The notes beneath the pieces are model-generated. The model worked only from the letters and a program-made list of their open reading frames with translations, was not told the origin of the DNA and made no database searches. Of a stretch of 46,515 nucleotides of DNA, positions 1 through 9,659 are shown piece after piece. Made by a program: the position numbers and the translations under genes. The stretch covers positions 1 to 46,515 of the IMG/VR virus record IMGVR_UViG_3300026543_000012. The stretch is one strand, 5' to 3'. This DNA comes from a virus (taxonomy: Duplodnaviria; Caudoviricetes). Within the stretch, counting starts at the first letter, position 1. Each line of letters starts with the position of its first letter.

Positions 1-117
1 CCTAAACTAAACGTCCATACTGTCTCACCAACTACCGACACACCACCAACAGTTCCTGTAGTAATAACTGCCTGGTAGAATTTATCAATTTCGTATCCGT
101 TTGCTCCAGTAGCTACG
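1..117. repeat. Terminal direct repeat, left copy (circular-assembly overlap)
   Basis: Identical to 46399-46515; an ORF reads through the junction. Confidence 0.95.
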
Positions 118-311
118 ACTGTTAAATGATTAAGGCCAACGACACTATCAAAATCAACACTTAATGTAATCCCTGCTGTGATTTGCGTAACACTATCATC
201 TTCATATATTGAAACAACTGGAGTTCCTGCTAATACTGTAGGAATACCAGTTGCAAATGCTCTGGTTGTAAATTTGTGGTAAATTGTATCACCAACAGTA
301 AAATCGCTCAT
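1..311 (-). CDS. 5' part of an origin-spanning ~285-aa virion appendage-like protein, paralog of 547..1764
   Basis: ATG at 311 in a TAATG overlap. Translates MSDFTVGDTIYHKFTTRAFATGIPTVLAGTPVVSIYEDDSVTQITAGITL... and continues in frame into 45852..46398. Confidence 0.85.
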   Translation of the reverse strand, partial: MSDFTVGDTIYHKFTTRAFATGIPTVLAGTPVVSIYEDDSVTQITAGITLSVDFDSVVGLNHLTVVATGANGYEIDKFYQAVITTGTVGGVSVVGETVWTFSL

Positions 312-544
312 TAGCCAGCTAACCCGCCGCCACTACCGGCAATTCCACCTGAATGAACCAACCCTCCACCAGCGGCTAGGCTACTCATAATCCTCCCTAC
401 AGCAGCACTCAGAGTATTACCGTTATAAACATTACCAGCACCCAACCTCCATTGTTCATCGATAGTAGCCGTATCATGGCTTCTCATCCATGGCCTTCCT
501 GCGCCTGGTACGCTCTGTCTTTTCTCTCTATTATCAATTGCCAT
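311..544 (-). CDS. Small protein with C-terminal Gly-rich motif (putative appendage adaptor)
   Basis: 77 aa, coupled to neighbours; ends SLAAGGGLVHSGGIAGSGGGLAG. Confidence 0.7.
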   Translation of the reverse strand: MAIDNREKRQSVPGAGRPWMRSHDTATIDEQWRLGAGNVYNGNTLSAAVGRIMSSLAAGGGLVHSGGIAGSGGGLAG

Positions 545-546
545 AT

Positions 547-1764
547 TTATGTCATCTTGGCCTCAGAGTAATCGCCACCGGAATCAGTTATTAGTTTAGA
601 GGTTATTTCAGTACCAGCATCATTATGTAATTCAAGAGCATCCGTTCCAGATGTTTGAACATCAAGTTTATTTCTTAATGCCATATATAAAAGCATAAGG
701 CCGGTTCTTAATGTAGGTGTTACCGCTGGCGCAGCCACTCCTAACTCAGCAATGACTGTATCTAAAGCAGCATTAACTTGTGTAAGAACCTCTGATGGCC
801 CCAGTTCTAAATTACTACCAACTGACCCTGTGACACTTCCGACTGCCCCTGTAACCGAACCAACACTACCAGACAAATTACCAGTAATATCCATTGTCTG
901 ATTAGGCAGATTGATAGCAGTAAGCTGGTCTCCTGTACCACCAGACTCAGTAAGATTTGATCCGTTACCAATGTGGTCTCTAATAGCCTGCATAGAATCT
1001 GTAGTTCTACTATAAGTAGCAGTACCATCATCCTGTAATAAATCTAGATATGTTCCAGCAGGTAGTGCTGGTATCCCTGAAGCAGTTCCAACAAAATGAT
1101 CTAAATTAATATCTGCCAAAGCAGTATCAACCTGTGTGTTTACATCTGCTGTTGATATATTGTTAAGAGCAGCAATATCAGCTTCTGCATCGGTACATAC
1201 TGTAGTTGTAGCAACTAAAGTAACATTAGCAACCGCGTCGGCTGCTGGATCGAAGTAAGAAGCTGCTACTAGTGTTCTTGCATTAAATTCTGCAACAGTA
1301 GGCACATCTGCAATATCCGCTGAAATATCTGTACCTGCTGCGTTAGTAATTACTGCGGTTTCTATTTGATCTACATTGGTATCGATTATATCAATCTTGT
1401 CTTCAATATTAGCAAGGCTATTGGTTCCTTCAAGCAGGGTTGTAGCAGAACTGAGACTTAGTGAAAACTCACCAACAACCTCACCAACTGCCGAGACAGA
1501 ATTAACCGTACCAGTAGTAATAACCATACTGTAATCTTTACCTGCTTCGTACCCATTAGCACCTGTAGCAACAATAGTTAAAAGATTTAGTCCTACTACA
1601 GAATCATGGTCCACGCCCAATGTGATCCCTGCTGTAATCTGGGTTACGCTGTTATCCTCGTAAGCACTCACCACAGGTGTTCCCGCTAAAACCGTGGGAA
1701 TACCTGTTATTGCACGAGTAGTGAACATCATATAAAAAGTTTCACCTACTGTTCTATCTCTCAT
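547..1764 (-). CDS. Acidic Thr/Ala-rich virion fibre/appendage-like protein
   Basis: 405 aa; VGSVTG repeats; N-terminal ~105 aa paralogous to the origin-spanning ORF. Confidence 0.7.
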   Translation of the reverse strand: MRDRTVGETFYMMFTTRAITGIPTVLAGTPVVSAYEDNSVTQITAGITLGVDHDSVVGLNLLTIVATGANGYEAGKDYSMVITTGTVNSVSAVGEVVGEFSLSLSSATTLLEGTNSLANIEDKIDIIDTNVDQIETAVITNAAGTDISADIADVPTVAEFNARTLVAASYFDPAADAVANVTLVATTTVCTDAEADIAALNNISTADVNTQVDTALADINLDHFVGTASGIPALPAGTYLDLLQDDGTATYSRTTDSMQAIRDHIGNGSNLTESGGTGDQLTAINLPNQTMDITGNLSGSVGSVTGAVGSVTGSVGSNLELGPSEVLTQVNAALDTVIAELGVAAPAVTPTLRTGLMLLYMALRNKLDVQTSGTDALELHNDAGTEITSKLITDSGGDYSEAKMT

Positions 1765-2522
1765 TACCTTGCTATCCCTCCAAAGGGTCCAGCCGTTCCA
1801 CCATGACCGGCTATACCGCCGTATCCAGCTATTGATTGTATAAAGTCACCACCCCCTGCCACCGACTCCACAAACGACACATGTGCGCTGATGCTTGTAT
1901 CGTCGATGTCAGTGTCATCAGTAGGTGAAATCAGTACGTCTTCTGTACTACCAAAGGACTTACCACCCGCGAATATTTGCGAACACATTGCACCTACACG
2001 GTCATCTTGGTCACCCTCTACATTACCAAAACCACCATCGGCTTTTGTATACGAATCGGAAGCTTGGGCGTTATCTTTTGCCCCCGCTACAATACTGACG
2101 CCGCCGCTGGCAACGATTTGACTTCGTGTAGCCTGACAAACGATACCGATAGCAGAGTCTGTCCCGAAATAGGCGGTATTAGCGGCGCTATCAACCTCGG
2201 CATCTGTAGCGGAACTAAAAACATTACATATAATAGCATGGCCGCGTGATTCGTTGAGATCGCAAGTATAGTTTGAAGGTTCTGACCCGCCTGCTATTTT
2301 CCACCACATACCTTGACGATGCGATTCGCTGGCACCCGCCGTATCCTCGTCAAAAAGTTCTAGAAAAGTCGTACCGGCAACCGGAACGCCAAGCGCCGTA
2401 TCATTGTTGGCGCTGATATAAATCACAACCAGGTCCCCTGAGTTAATCGAAACACCATGAGTGACATCTGCGGTGTCACTCGTACCGTGAGCGTTTGCGC
2501 CACCTACATATGCTATGGTCAT
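1764..2522 (-). CDS. Beta-rich putative virion surface protein with C-terminal Gly-rich motif
   Basis: 252 aa; ends SIAGYGGIAGHGGTAGPFGGIAR. Confidence 0.65.
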   Translation of the reverse strand: MTIAYVGGANAHGTSDTADVTHGVSINSGDLVVIYISANNDTALGVPVAGTTFLELFDEDTAGASESHRQGMWWKIAGGSEPSNYTCDLNESRGHAIICNVFSSATDAEVDSAANTAYFGTDSAIGIVCQATRSQIVASGGVSIVAGAKDNAQASDSYTKADGGFGNVEGDQDDRVGAMCSQIFAGGKSFGSTEDVLISPTDDTDIDDTSISAHVSFVESVAGGGDFIQSIAGYGGIAGHGGTAGPFGGIAR

Positions 2523-2550
2523 TTTTTAGGTTGGTGCCGTATAAGTAAGA

Positions 2551-2997
2551 CTAGCTAACCGCCGCTACGATCGCATCCATTTTAGTAATCAATCCTGCAA
2601 GTTGTGCTCCAGTAAAATTGCGCGGTGTCAAACTACCGTCAGCATTAATCTTGTTCACAAGCAGCCAGCCATTTACGTCTTTTGGTAAAGTAGCAACAAT
2701 CTCTGTAATAGCAGCGTCAATTGCGGCAATTAAGGCGATGAACTCAGCAACCACATCAAGCGCTGGGTTGTCCTCCTGAACTTTCGCATAGGCGGCTATT
2801 CCTGCAATTGAGCGAATATCATTTAGTTGATCGCGGAAACTTTTTAAGTTGTCCGCAGCAGCTAAAACTTCAGCAGACGTAGCACCAGCCGCAAAGGAGG
2901 TAGACCTTCCCTGTGCCTGTCTTTGTGCTTGAAGAGATAATTTCTTTGCACGTTGATACCCGTCAACGGGTATCTGATTTGATGCTGGAAATGCCAT
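2551..2997 (-). CDS. Hypothetical alpha-helical protein
   Basis: 148 aa; AGGA RBS. Confidence 0.7.
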   Translation of the reverse strand: MAFPASNQIPVDGYQRAKKLSLQAQRQAQGRSTSFAAGATSAEVLAAADNLKSFRDQLNDIRSIAGIAAYAKVQEDNPALDVVAEFIALIAAIDAAITEIVATLPKDVNGWLLVNKINADGSLTPRNFTGAQLAGLITKMDAIVAAVS

Positions 2998-3038
2998 GTT
3001 TGTTCCTATTTAGTTAAAAATTATTACAGGAATAGTCA

Positions 3039-4709
3039 CTAAATAATACCTCTATAATTAGCCCACATTCCGTTTATAAAAGCTGACCCGCCGCTTTGAT
3101 AATTCTTATTGTATATAGTAAATCCGCCTGTCTGTGTCTGCATATAATCGTAATAAGTTTGACTGGTGCCTAGATAAAAATTAGAGGGTTTATTAAACTC
3201 AAAATCCATCCAGAAATCGATGTAATCAAAGGCCGCTATATTATCTGTTTTTGTTATGGCTCCGTTGTTGGCAAAGTCATCAACTAACCGCATAGCCAGC
3301 AGCATTCCTACGTTGGGATGCACGTCATGCTGGGAGCGATAAACTTCTGATTTTTCATGGTCAGAGCCGGGCAAATCCCACTCGCTAGGGTGTAGATGCT
3401 CCATGTAGTTATTAGTCCCAGATGCACTGGTTTGCTTTGAGAACATGGGAACATTACCCATTGTTGGGTGTGTCCAGCCATACCATGTTTGATTCTCAGC
3501 TATAATAGATGACTGATATTTAATATCATACCCTATGTCTTTACTTGAACCATCACCAGCAATAAAGAATTTTTCCCTGTCTCTATCATTACCTTCTCCG
3601 GTATCAACCCAATGGTTATAAATATCAGATACATTGAGAAGAAGACCACCTAGAACTAGCGGGGCAGACCAAAAAGCAGAATCCCTTCGTGTATGATAAT
3701 AATCTATCGTAACCTGACAAAACCTCTCAATTAGTGTATCAGTCACCAAATCACTAACTAATACGCACATAGTCTCACTTAAAAATTCTCCTACTTGTTG
3801 GTGATAACCCAGCATATTGTCGTAGGCGTGTATTGATCTAGCTTGCCAATCACTACCATATAATATCCAAGGCCGTTCCATTCCTCTCAAATGATAATCA
3901 ATACCTACATAACCATTGCGTGTTTCTAGTGGATCAATACCACTAGTGTTTTTATTGGATAATATAGAACTATCAATTTGACTGGTTCGATATAGTTTTT
4001 GAGAACGATCACAAGGGGAGGGTCTAAGTTGATCTGCAAAAGGGATTGATGCTAAGATTGTTAAAACTTCAGCCTCGCCCACATCAGTATTAGAACTATG
4101 CCTATCATTATTCCAGAATTTATAAGCTGGGGAATTACCATCTATGCTGGAAATTAAAGCATCCCCACTCGAAACAAATAAAGGAAAAGACGCTCTCAAA
4201 CTTGCATTATAATTTAATGCACCGGAATGAAGACCTTGCTCACCATCCGCTACAGGATTTAAATGTGTACCATCTACGGATGATTCAGGAGTAACAGAAT
4301 CTATGTTAAATCCAGAGCCGGGGTCTATAACAAACTTATCGCCTGTCGCAAACTGCCCAGTCTCGACATCTACATCAAATATCCAGCTAATATTTCGCTT
4401 TGTTAATGGACTACCTTTAGCCAGAATACTTGTTTGAGCAAGACCGGTCGGTGGTTCAGGAACCGGATCAGGTCCGGGTTCGGGTTCGGGTCCGGGTCCG
4501 GGGTCTGGTGTTGGTTCTGATATTTGTTCTAACGACATCATTACATCGCGATTAGGGCAGTGGATAGTGTATAGACCATCCCTGTTGCCCTCTGTTATGC
4601 GCTCGTATGCCTCGTCCCTAGAAGTAACTTGTAATTTGCTGCCATCTTCTTTTGTTAGAAGCACGCCATCCTTTGAGATGGTATAATAGCCTTTGCGAGT
4701 TATCTTCAT
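3039..4709 (-). CDS. Two-domain protein: small N-domain, Pro/Glu/Gly linker, large aromatic-rich domain
   Basis: 556 aa; PTPDPGPGPEPEPGPDPVPEPP linker. Confidence 0.7.
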   Translation of the reverse strand: MKITRKGYYTISKDGVLLTKEDGSKLQVTSRDEAYERITEGNRDGLYTIHCPNRDVMMSLEQISEPTPDPGPGPEPEPGPDPVPEPPTGLAQTSILAKGSPLTKRNISWIFDVDVETGQFATGDKFVIDPGSGFNIDSVTPESSVDGTHLNPVADGEQGLHSGALNYNASLRASFPLFVSSGDALISSIDGNSPAYKFWNNDRHSSNTDVGEAEVLTILASIPFADQLRPSPCDRSQKLYRTSQIDSSILSNKNTSGIDPLETRNGYVGIDYHLRGMERPWILYGSDWQARSIHAYDNMLGYHQQVGEFLSETMCVLVSDLVTDTLIERFCQVTIDYYHTRRDSAFWSAPLVLGGLLLNVSDIYNHWVDTGEGNDRDREKFFIAGDGSSKDIGYDIKYQSSIIAENQTWYGWTHPTMGNVPMFSKQTSASGTNNYMEHLHPSEWDLPGSDHEKSEVYRSQHDVHPNVGMLLAMRLVDDFANNGAITKTDNIAAFDYIDFWMDFEFNKPSNFYLGTSQTYYDYMQTQTGGFTIYNKNYQSGGSAFINGMWANYRGII

Positions 4710-4745
4710 TTAATTACCTGATGTATCTTCTATATAAACCCACAA

Positions 4746-4958
4746 TTAACCACCCTGTTCTAAGGCACGGATTCTAACACCATGGTCCTCATCGGATTTA
4801 ACAATTACATCCAGCTTTGTACTTATGACAGCTATGGCCTTACCATTATCGATTACATTGCTACCAAAATAAACCAGAAGTAGAATTATTACTGATTGAA
4901 GAATACCTCCAATATATTTAACCATAGGAACTTCCCCATTTAGGATTCTATTTACCAT
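4746..4958 (-). CDS. Small membrane protein (TM plus coiled coil), lysis region
   Basis: Hydrophobic IGGILQSVIILLLVYFG followed by a heptad-like tail. Confidence 0.6.
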   Translation of the reverse strand: MVNRILNGEVPMVKYIGGILQSVIILLLVYFGSNVIDNGKAIAVISTKLDVIVKSDEDHGVRIRALEQGG

Positions 4959-5197
4959 TAATGTCGCTTTCCATCGGTAATATGTTCCTTCATTTTAGCA
5001 TTTACTAAAGTCTTGATCATCGCTTTAATATCTTCATCAGACCGGGTGGCACTTGAAGTAATAGCTACATTTACATCCGGGGCTTCAATGACAATCTGGC
5101 TTTGCTGATATTTGTCTACGGTCAAATAAGATGTGGCAAGGGTTAAAATAGCAATTACTAACCCTACCCATGTTTGTTTTGCAGTAGGTTTGCCCAC
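4958..5197 (-). CDS. Small N-anchored membrane protein (possibly spanin-like)
   Basis: TM segment WVGLVIAILTLATSYL; position after holin and endolysin. Confidence 0.5.
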   Translation of the reverse strand: MGKPTAKQTWVGLVIAILTLATSYLTVDKYQQSQIVIEAPDVNVAITSSATRSDEDIKAMIKTLVNAKMKEHITDGKRH

Positions 5198-5535
5198 TAG
5201 TAACGTAACAACCCGCCGACAATAACGGCGTAATCATCTTGACTATCAGGTGCTTCAATAGTTGTAACGAATCGTCCGTGAACTAATATGCCGCCAAATC
5301 TGGTAGCAACACCAATTGATACAGCCTGATTGCCACCTTCGGTAAAAGCCATTGTCGCTCCTACTTGTATCTTATCAGGGACACCCCAATCAAATGGGAT
5401 AGGGGCAGCCAAAGCTAGTAAACCGTATGTGGTTTGGCTAGGTAAACTCAGAGGTGCGGGGGTTGGTGTATATTTCCTTTCATCTGCAAATGCTGAACTT
5501 GTTGTTAATAGTAAAATAAGAATTAAATATTTCAT
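5197..5535 (-). CDS. Secreted protein resembling a YadA-type trimeric autotransporter anchor
   Basis: Signal peptide MKYLILILLLTTSSAFA; LAAPIPF..KIQVGATMAF..GNQAVSIGVATRF; C-terminal aromatic residue. Confidence 0.5.
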   Translation of the reverse strand: MKYLILILLLTTSSAFADERKYTPTPAPLSLPSQTTYGLLALAAPIPFDWGVPDKIQVGATMAFTEGGNQAVSIGVATRFGGILVHGRFVTTIEAPDSQDDYAVIVGGLLRY

Positions 5536-5921
5536 GGTTGCCCTTTTCCTTTGCCCACTACATGAGCCAAAAAGTAGAAAGTGATAATAATAGAAAACGG
5601 AATGGCGACTATATCTTTCATTACCAGAAAAAGAAATTCAACATTAGCGTGCTTGCCGCCTAATATAAGCCCTATGGCAATCAAAAGAAGTACAAGAAAA
5701 GCCCATAAAGTCACTACCGCACAGACAATAATACGTCTCGATATAGACATGCCTGCTGTTGCTTTTGCGTAGGCTAGTTTCCAGTCTAGTATTTTCTGAC
5801 TAGCAACTGACTTTTCTTCATCTGTGAAAAACATGGCATCCAACCCACTAGACACGCCATCAACTACCTTTTCCGCTGTCTTGCTACCACCAGTTAGAAA
5901 GCTAAAGAAATTCATTTGCAA
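5532..5921 (-). CDS. Holin (GTA 3TM-holin-like)
   Basis: D..FFTDEEK motif and two TM helices; directly after the endolysin. Confidence 0.7.
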   Translation of the reverse strand: MQMNFFSFLTGGSKTAEKVVDGVSSGLDAMFFTDEEKSVASQKILDWKLAYAKATAGMSISRRIIVCAVVTLWAFLVLLLIAIGLILGGKHANVEFLFLVMKDIVAIPFSIIITFYFLAHVVGKGKGQP

Positions 5922-6049
5922 ATTATCCCTTTAAAAATAGAATAACTAATAGCTAAGGCGCATAATACCATAATGAATTTAGTGCGCTTCGATTGTTCGT
6001 CAATCCAAACACATACTTTCAAGAACTTGCTGTGTTCTGTCATTGCCAT

Positions 6050-6406
6050 TCACCCGTCCCACCTAACCCGATATCCTCGGGTATCAATATGCGTAAATGT
6101 ATTGTAGCTGCCAATTCCATACCTGCCTGGATACCATTCATCCAGTTGTTTCTGTACTTTATCAGGATCTACACCCTTTACTACGGTATCCGCAGCACGG
6201 CTTTTAGTGTGTTGTGAGTTTTTACTTCCACCAATTGATTCATTATAAGCCTTACACCGATTACCTGAATTGATAACAATAGGCTTGTTAAAATGCTCAC
6301 GCACTCGTTCAAGTACAGTGATTAACTCGGCATCTATCGTATCCTGACCACACCCACAATTACAGGCAAATTCAGTTCGGTAAAAATGTTTGGAGATATC
6401 ACCCAT
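6050..6406 (-). CDS. Endolysin, peptidase M15A family
   Basis: HF..EFACNCGC, INSGNRC..YN..IGG...SQH...AAD, FTHIDTR motifs. Confidence 0.92.
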   Translation of the reverse strand: MGDISKHFYRTEFACNCGCGQDTIDAELITVLERVREHFNKPIVINSGNRCKAYNESIGGSKNSQHTKSRAADTVVKGVDPDKVQKQLDEWYPGRYGIGSYNTFTHIDTRGYRVRWDG

Positions 6407-6486
6407 TATATTTGATTCATAATTAAGTGGATAGGGTTATCTGTTTTGGGTTCAGGATCGAGGCTAAGATAGTTTTTTGAATTGAT

Positions 6487-6726
6487 TCAGTCGTTGTTTC
6501 CATTAATAATAATATCTTCATAAAAACTTCTAGCTGAATGTTCGAGCGCAGCCCACATTAACAAATTATTCTCTCCTGCACTTACGTCACCGCTGATAGA
6601 CGAATCCTTTGTAACCCATGAAATACCGACAGTTATTATCTCGCCGCTTTCCACTGCAGCTATACACTCTTGCAACATCTCTATAGCGGATTCGTTTGGG
6701 CGCTTACTGATTTTAACTATTTCCAC
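6487..6726 (-). CDS. Hypothetical protein
   Basis: 79-aa ORF in operon orientation. Confidence 0.6.
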   Translation of the reverse strand: MEIVKISKRPNESAIEMLQECIAAVESGEIITVGISWVTKDSSISGDVSAGENNLLMWAALEHSARSFYEDIIINGNND

Positions 6727-6813
6727 TATTTTAACTTTCTCATTAACCTACGTTTAATCCCACCTGGTACATGGTCTTCCCTTAATCTGTTAGCATTTAG
6801 AATGGTGAGTAGT

Positions 6814-7533
6814 TCAGCGGACATCTGCTAATAAGTCGAGTTGCGCTGTTTCGGCCTCGAATCGCTGCACCGCGGCATCGTAGTATTCCTTGTCAATTTC
6901 CATGCCTACAAAGTTAAACCGCATGTAATGAGCAGCTATCGCACTTGACCCTGATCCTAGATGCGTGTCGAGAATCTTATCACCTTCATTTGCGTAGTTA
7001 GTTAGCAACCACTCATATAGTTTTACGGGTTTCTGGGTTGGGTGGATTCGTTTTTCATTTCTTGATTTATCGCCAATTTGTATACCTGCTTTTTTTGCAT
7101 CATTGCCAATAATCAAACCCTGGCAAAAGCCCGCCCACATATACCTCACAATATCAACTCTGTTATTAATGCTGCAGTAAGCTATTTCACAATCATGTTG
7201 ATCCGTGTGATTGTTAAATTTATCCCAAACAATGCGGCCTGTACCGAAATAGTAATCGTAGTAATTGACACCCCAGATTATTTGATTTTCACTAACTCTT
7301 TTTAATTCGTTAAAATATTCACCGTCTGCAGGTAAATTATCCCAATCCTTATGTTGATACCCGCTATCAGGAATAAACGACCTCGAGCCATTACTTTGTT
7401 TTACATAACCCGCTTTGTTAGTTGGTTTAGATGAGCCTATCCCATAAGGCGGGTCAACAATAGCCAAATCAAAGGCGTTATTCTCACAATCCTTCATGTA
7501 ATCCATACAATCACAATTTAGAAGTTCAATCAT
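6814..7533 (-). CDS. DNA N6-adenine/N4-cytosine methyltransferase (beta class)
   Basis: DPPY, HPTQKP and LDTHLGSGS motifs. Confidence 0.93.
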   Translation of the reverse strand: MIELLNCDCMDYMKDCENNAFDLAIVDPPYGIGSSKPTNKAGYVKQSNGSRSFIPDSGYQHKDWDNLPADGEYFNELKRVSENQIIWGVNYYDYYFGTGRIVWDKFNNHTDQHDCEIAYCSINNRVDIVRYMWAGFCQGLIIGNDAKKAGIQIGDKSRNEKRIHPTQKPVKLYEWLLTNYANEGDKILDTHLGSGSSAIAAHYMRFNFVGMEIDKEYYDAAVQRFEAETAQLDLLADVR

Positions 7534-8144
7534 GCCGCTCTCGCTTGTTTTAATTCTTTCAGCTTCGCTTTATAGGTTTTTCTGATTTCAATTAAATCAC
7601 TAGCAGTATATTTTTTTGCATCGCGCGGGCCTTCCAACCATTCAACTTTAGCTAATCCAATACGTTGAATTAGTCTTTCCCGATATTCCTGGCTAACCGT
7701 GTGATTTTTCCTAGTGAATCTTCCAGAACCACCGTTACACGACTTGCACTGCTTATGGGCGTTTAATTCTTCAAACCTTAATTCAGAATGGGCACCAATA
7801 GTTAAAAAATGGCCGCAGTCCCATTTGCCACCAGTGTAATTATCTTTTATTTCGCCATCTGCCCGGCCACAACTAATACAAACCAGCCCCGCATCCCGTT
7901 CTCGGATATAAGCATTAAACGCTGGTTGAGCCTTGCGTAACTGATAACTTCGATTGTTGGCTCGGTGTTCCTTTGTCATTTTCCTGGTATCGGCATCATA
8001 ATTTTCCTTCACTCGGGCCGCCGCTATCTCTTGACCACATTTCGGCGAACACCAAACCACAATAGAATTGAATTGAGGGAACTTGACTGTACACCCTTTG
8101 TTCTTACAGGTTTTTAGTTTGGGCTTCTTTTTGGTTTGTTTCAT
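7530..8144 (-). CDS. ninG: NinG/Rap recombination endonuclease
   Basis: FNAYIRERD..CISCG, WDCGH, LRFEELNAHKQCKSCN, YRERLIQRIG..VEWLEG. Confidence 0.9.
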   Translation of the reverse strand: MKQTKKKPKLKTCKNKGCTVKFPQFNSIVVWCSPKCGQEIAAARVKENYDADTRKMTKEHRANNRSYQLRKAQPAFNAYIRERDAGLVCISCGRADGEIKDNYTGGKWDCGHFLTIGAHSELRFEELNAHKQCKSCNGGSGRFTRKNHTVSQEYRERLIQRIGLAKVEWLEGPRDAKKYTASDLIEIRKTYKAKLKELKQARAA

Positions 8145-8455
8145 CCCGGTGGATTATCAGAGCAATAGTCATTATCTATAATTTCTGGAATTTTTGCACA
8201 AAGCACATCTTCTGATATTGAGCCATCTTCACATATAAAAGCCCTGTCTCCTATAGACTCGCCGCACTGTTTCAATAAACCACGATAATAATCCGTATTA
8301 CGTTGATTCTGTGCCGCTGTTTGCATCCAAAGGGATAATTTTTTGGCAAAGGCTTCTGCTAATATAACGTCCATTTCAATATTATCTGTTTCCTTTTCAC
8401 ACCAACATTGTGCCGCCAACCCTCTCGCTTCTTCTAAAAAATCATAATCATTCAT
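8141..8455 (-). CDS. Hypothetical protein
   Basis: 104 aa; ATGA overlap with ninG. Confidence 0.7.
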   Translation of the reverse strand: MNDYDFLEEARGLAAQCWCEKETDNIEMDVILAEAFAKKLSLWMQTAAQNQRNTDYYRGLLKQCGESIGDRAFICEDGSISEDVLCAKIPEIIDNDYCSDNPPG

Positions 8456-8672
8456 TTCTTAATCCTCGTTAATCATTCTTAGTGACAAGGGATAAAAAAC
8501 ATACCTATACCACCACCTATTTCATATATCAATTGTACATAACCTTCTTCAGGAAATGATGGGTAAATATTCCTTAAACCGGATTCGACCAAAGCACAGG
8601 CTTCGGCTGGTAATTCAAATATAAATGTACGCCACCCTTCTCCACATACTAGTATAGATACTATTATGGTTT

Positions 8673-9158
8673 TCATTCTGGCGGGTCCAAAATAAACATA
8701 GCTATGTGCCACCCCGTCCCTTTTCCTTCGGATCCATCCTCTGTGGCACACCACTTAACATCGCCTAAATTTTCAATCCTTGCGCCTGCTTTCATCAACA
8801 TCAGCATCCACTTGTCTAACGGGTAAACCATCACTATTCGCTTTCCTTTTTTGTTTTCCTCTATGGCTTTACGCGCCCATGCTGTCGGACCCTTCTTTTT
8901 ACCGTTGTGATGTATAGATCCAAAAGGAGGATTAACGTAGGTGCTTGCACCCCATTCATCTGTCAGCCCGTCGAAGGTGTCTGGTTTCGGATACGGACAT
9001 GCATCGCAAGTAAAATGAAAACGCTCATCTAGTTTTTTCATTAAGTCTGGTGGTGTTAGCCAATAGTGCTTTCCGTCTTCCGCACCATCGGCAAACTTGG
9101 TATTTTCTATTTCGGCAGCAGTATCGGCGTGGGTATTAAACAAAAGTGCTTGCATCAC
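8673..9158 (-). CDS. Phage N6-adenine methyltransferase (short Dam-like)
   Basis: YWLTPP...F.CD.C, DGL..EW, YVNPPF, W.RKA..E. Confidence 0.8.
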   Translation of the reverse strand: MMQALLFNTHADTAAEIENTKFADGAEDGKHYWLTPPDLMKKLDERFHFTCDACPYPKPDTFDGLTDEWGASTYVNPPFGSIHHNGKKKGPTAWARKAIEENKKGKRIVMVYPLDKWMLMLMKAGARIENLGDVKWCATEDGSEGKGTGWHIAMFILDPPE

Positions 9159-9640
9159 GCCACCTGTAAATTTGCGTATTCAAGCAGACCGCTATCTGGG
9201 ATGGTGAGGTCTACTCCTATACTTTGGTAGTGCCGCTCGATATCCGTCATATATTCCGACATTTGCGCTACCGTGAAATCAGTGGTTGTCAGGAACGCAT
9301 CGGCAATATGCATTAGAGCTTCTGGTCTTGTTTTGTATTCAGTTTCAAGAGATTGGATAAATTCCCAATGTCCAGAATTATCACGTTGGATAATTCGCCT
9401 GGCGAAACGATATTTACAAATAATGTGCGCCCCTTCCTTTGTATCCTCATGCTTCCCACCAAACCCAGACTCAGATACTTCGGTCATCCATTTCCAGTAT
9501 AGCGCGTTTTGACGTGCCGACCGGCTTACTGAATCGCTGATAGTTACCTTGATACCACCGTTAATTTCTAGCGAACTGATACGCTGTAGGATTGTTCTGC
9601 GGGCGTTGTTGCTGCCAAGGAAATAGGATTCGGTTTTCAT
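9155..9640 (-). CDS. ninB: NinB/Orf family recombination protein
   Basis: RSARQNALYW and TTDFTVAQMSEY...IE motifs; nin context. Confidence 0.8.
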   Translation of the reverse strand: MKTESYFLGSNNARRTILQRISSLEINGGIKVTISDSVSRSARQNALYWKWMTEVSESGFGGKHEDTKEGAHIICKYRFARRIIQRDNSGHWEFIQSLETEYKTRPEALMHIADAFLTTTDFTVAQMSEYMTDIERHYQSIGVDLTIPDSGLLEYANLQVA

Positions 9641-9659
9641 ATTTTTATTTAATTAGTTG

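Noticed and set aside
1-117. 117-bp end repeat as a biological terminal repeat
   Set aside because: It falls in the middle of a gene. A P22-like terminase suggests headful packaging, so an assembler overlap is the simpler explanation.
1-1764. Diversity-generating retroelement TR/VR pair
   Set aside because: No reverse transcriptase is present. The differences between the paralogous segments are largely synonymous and not adenine-specific.
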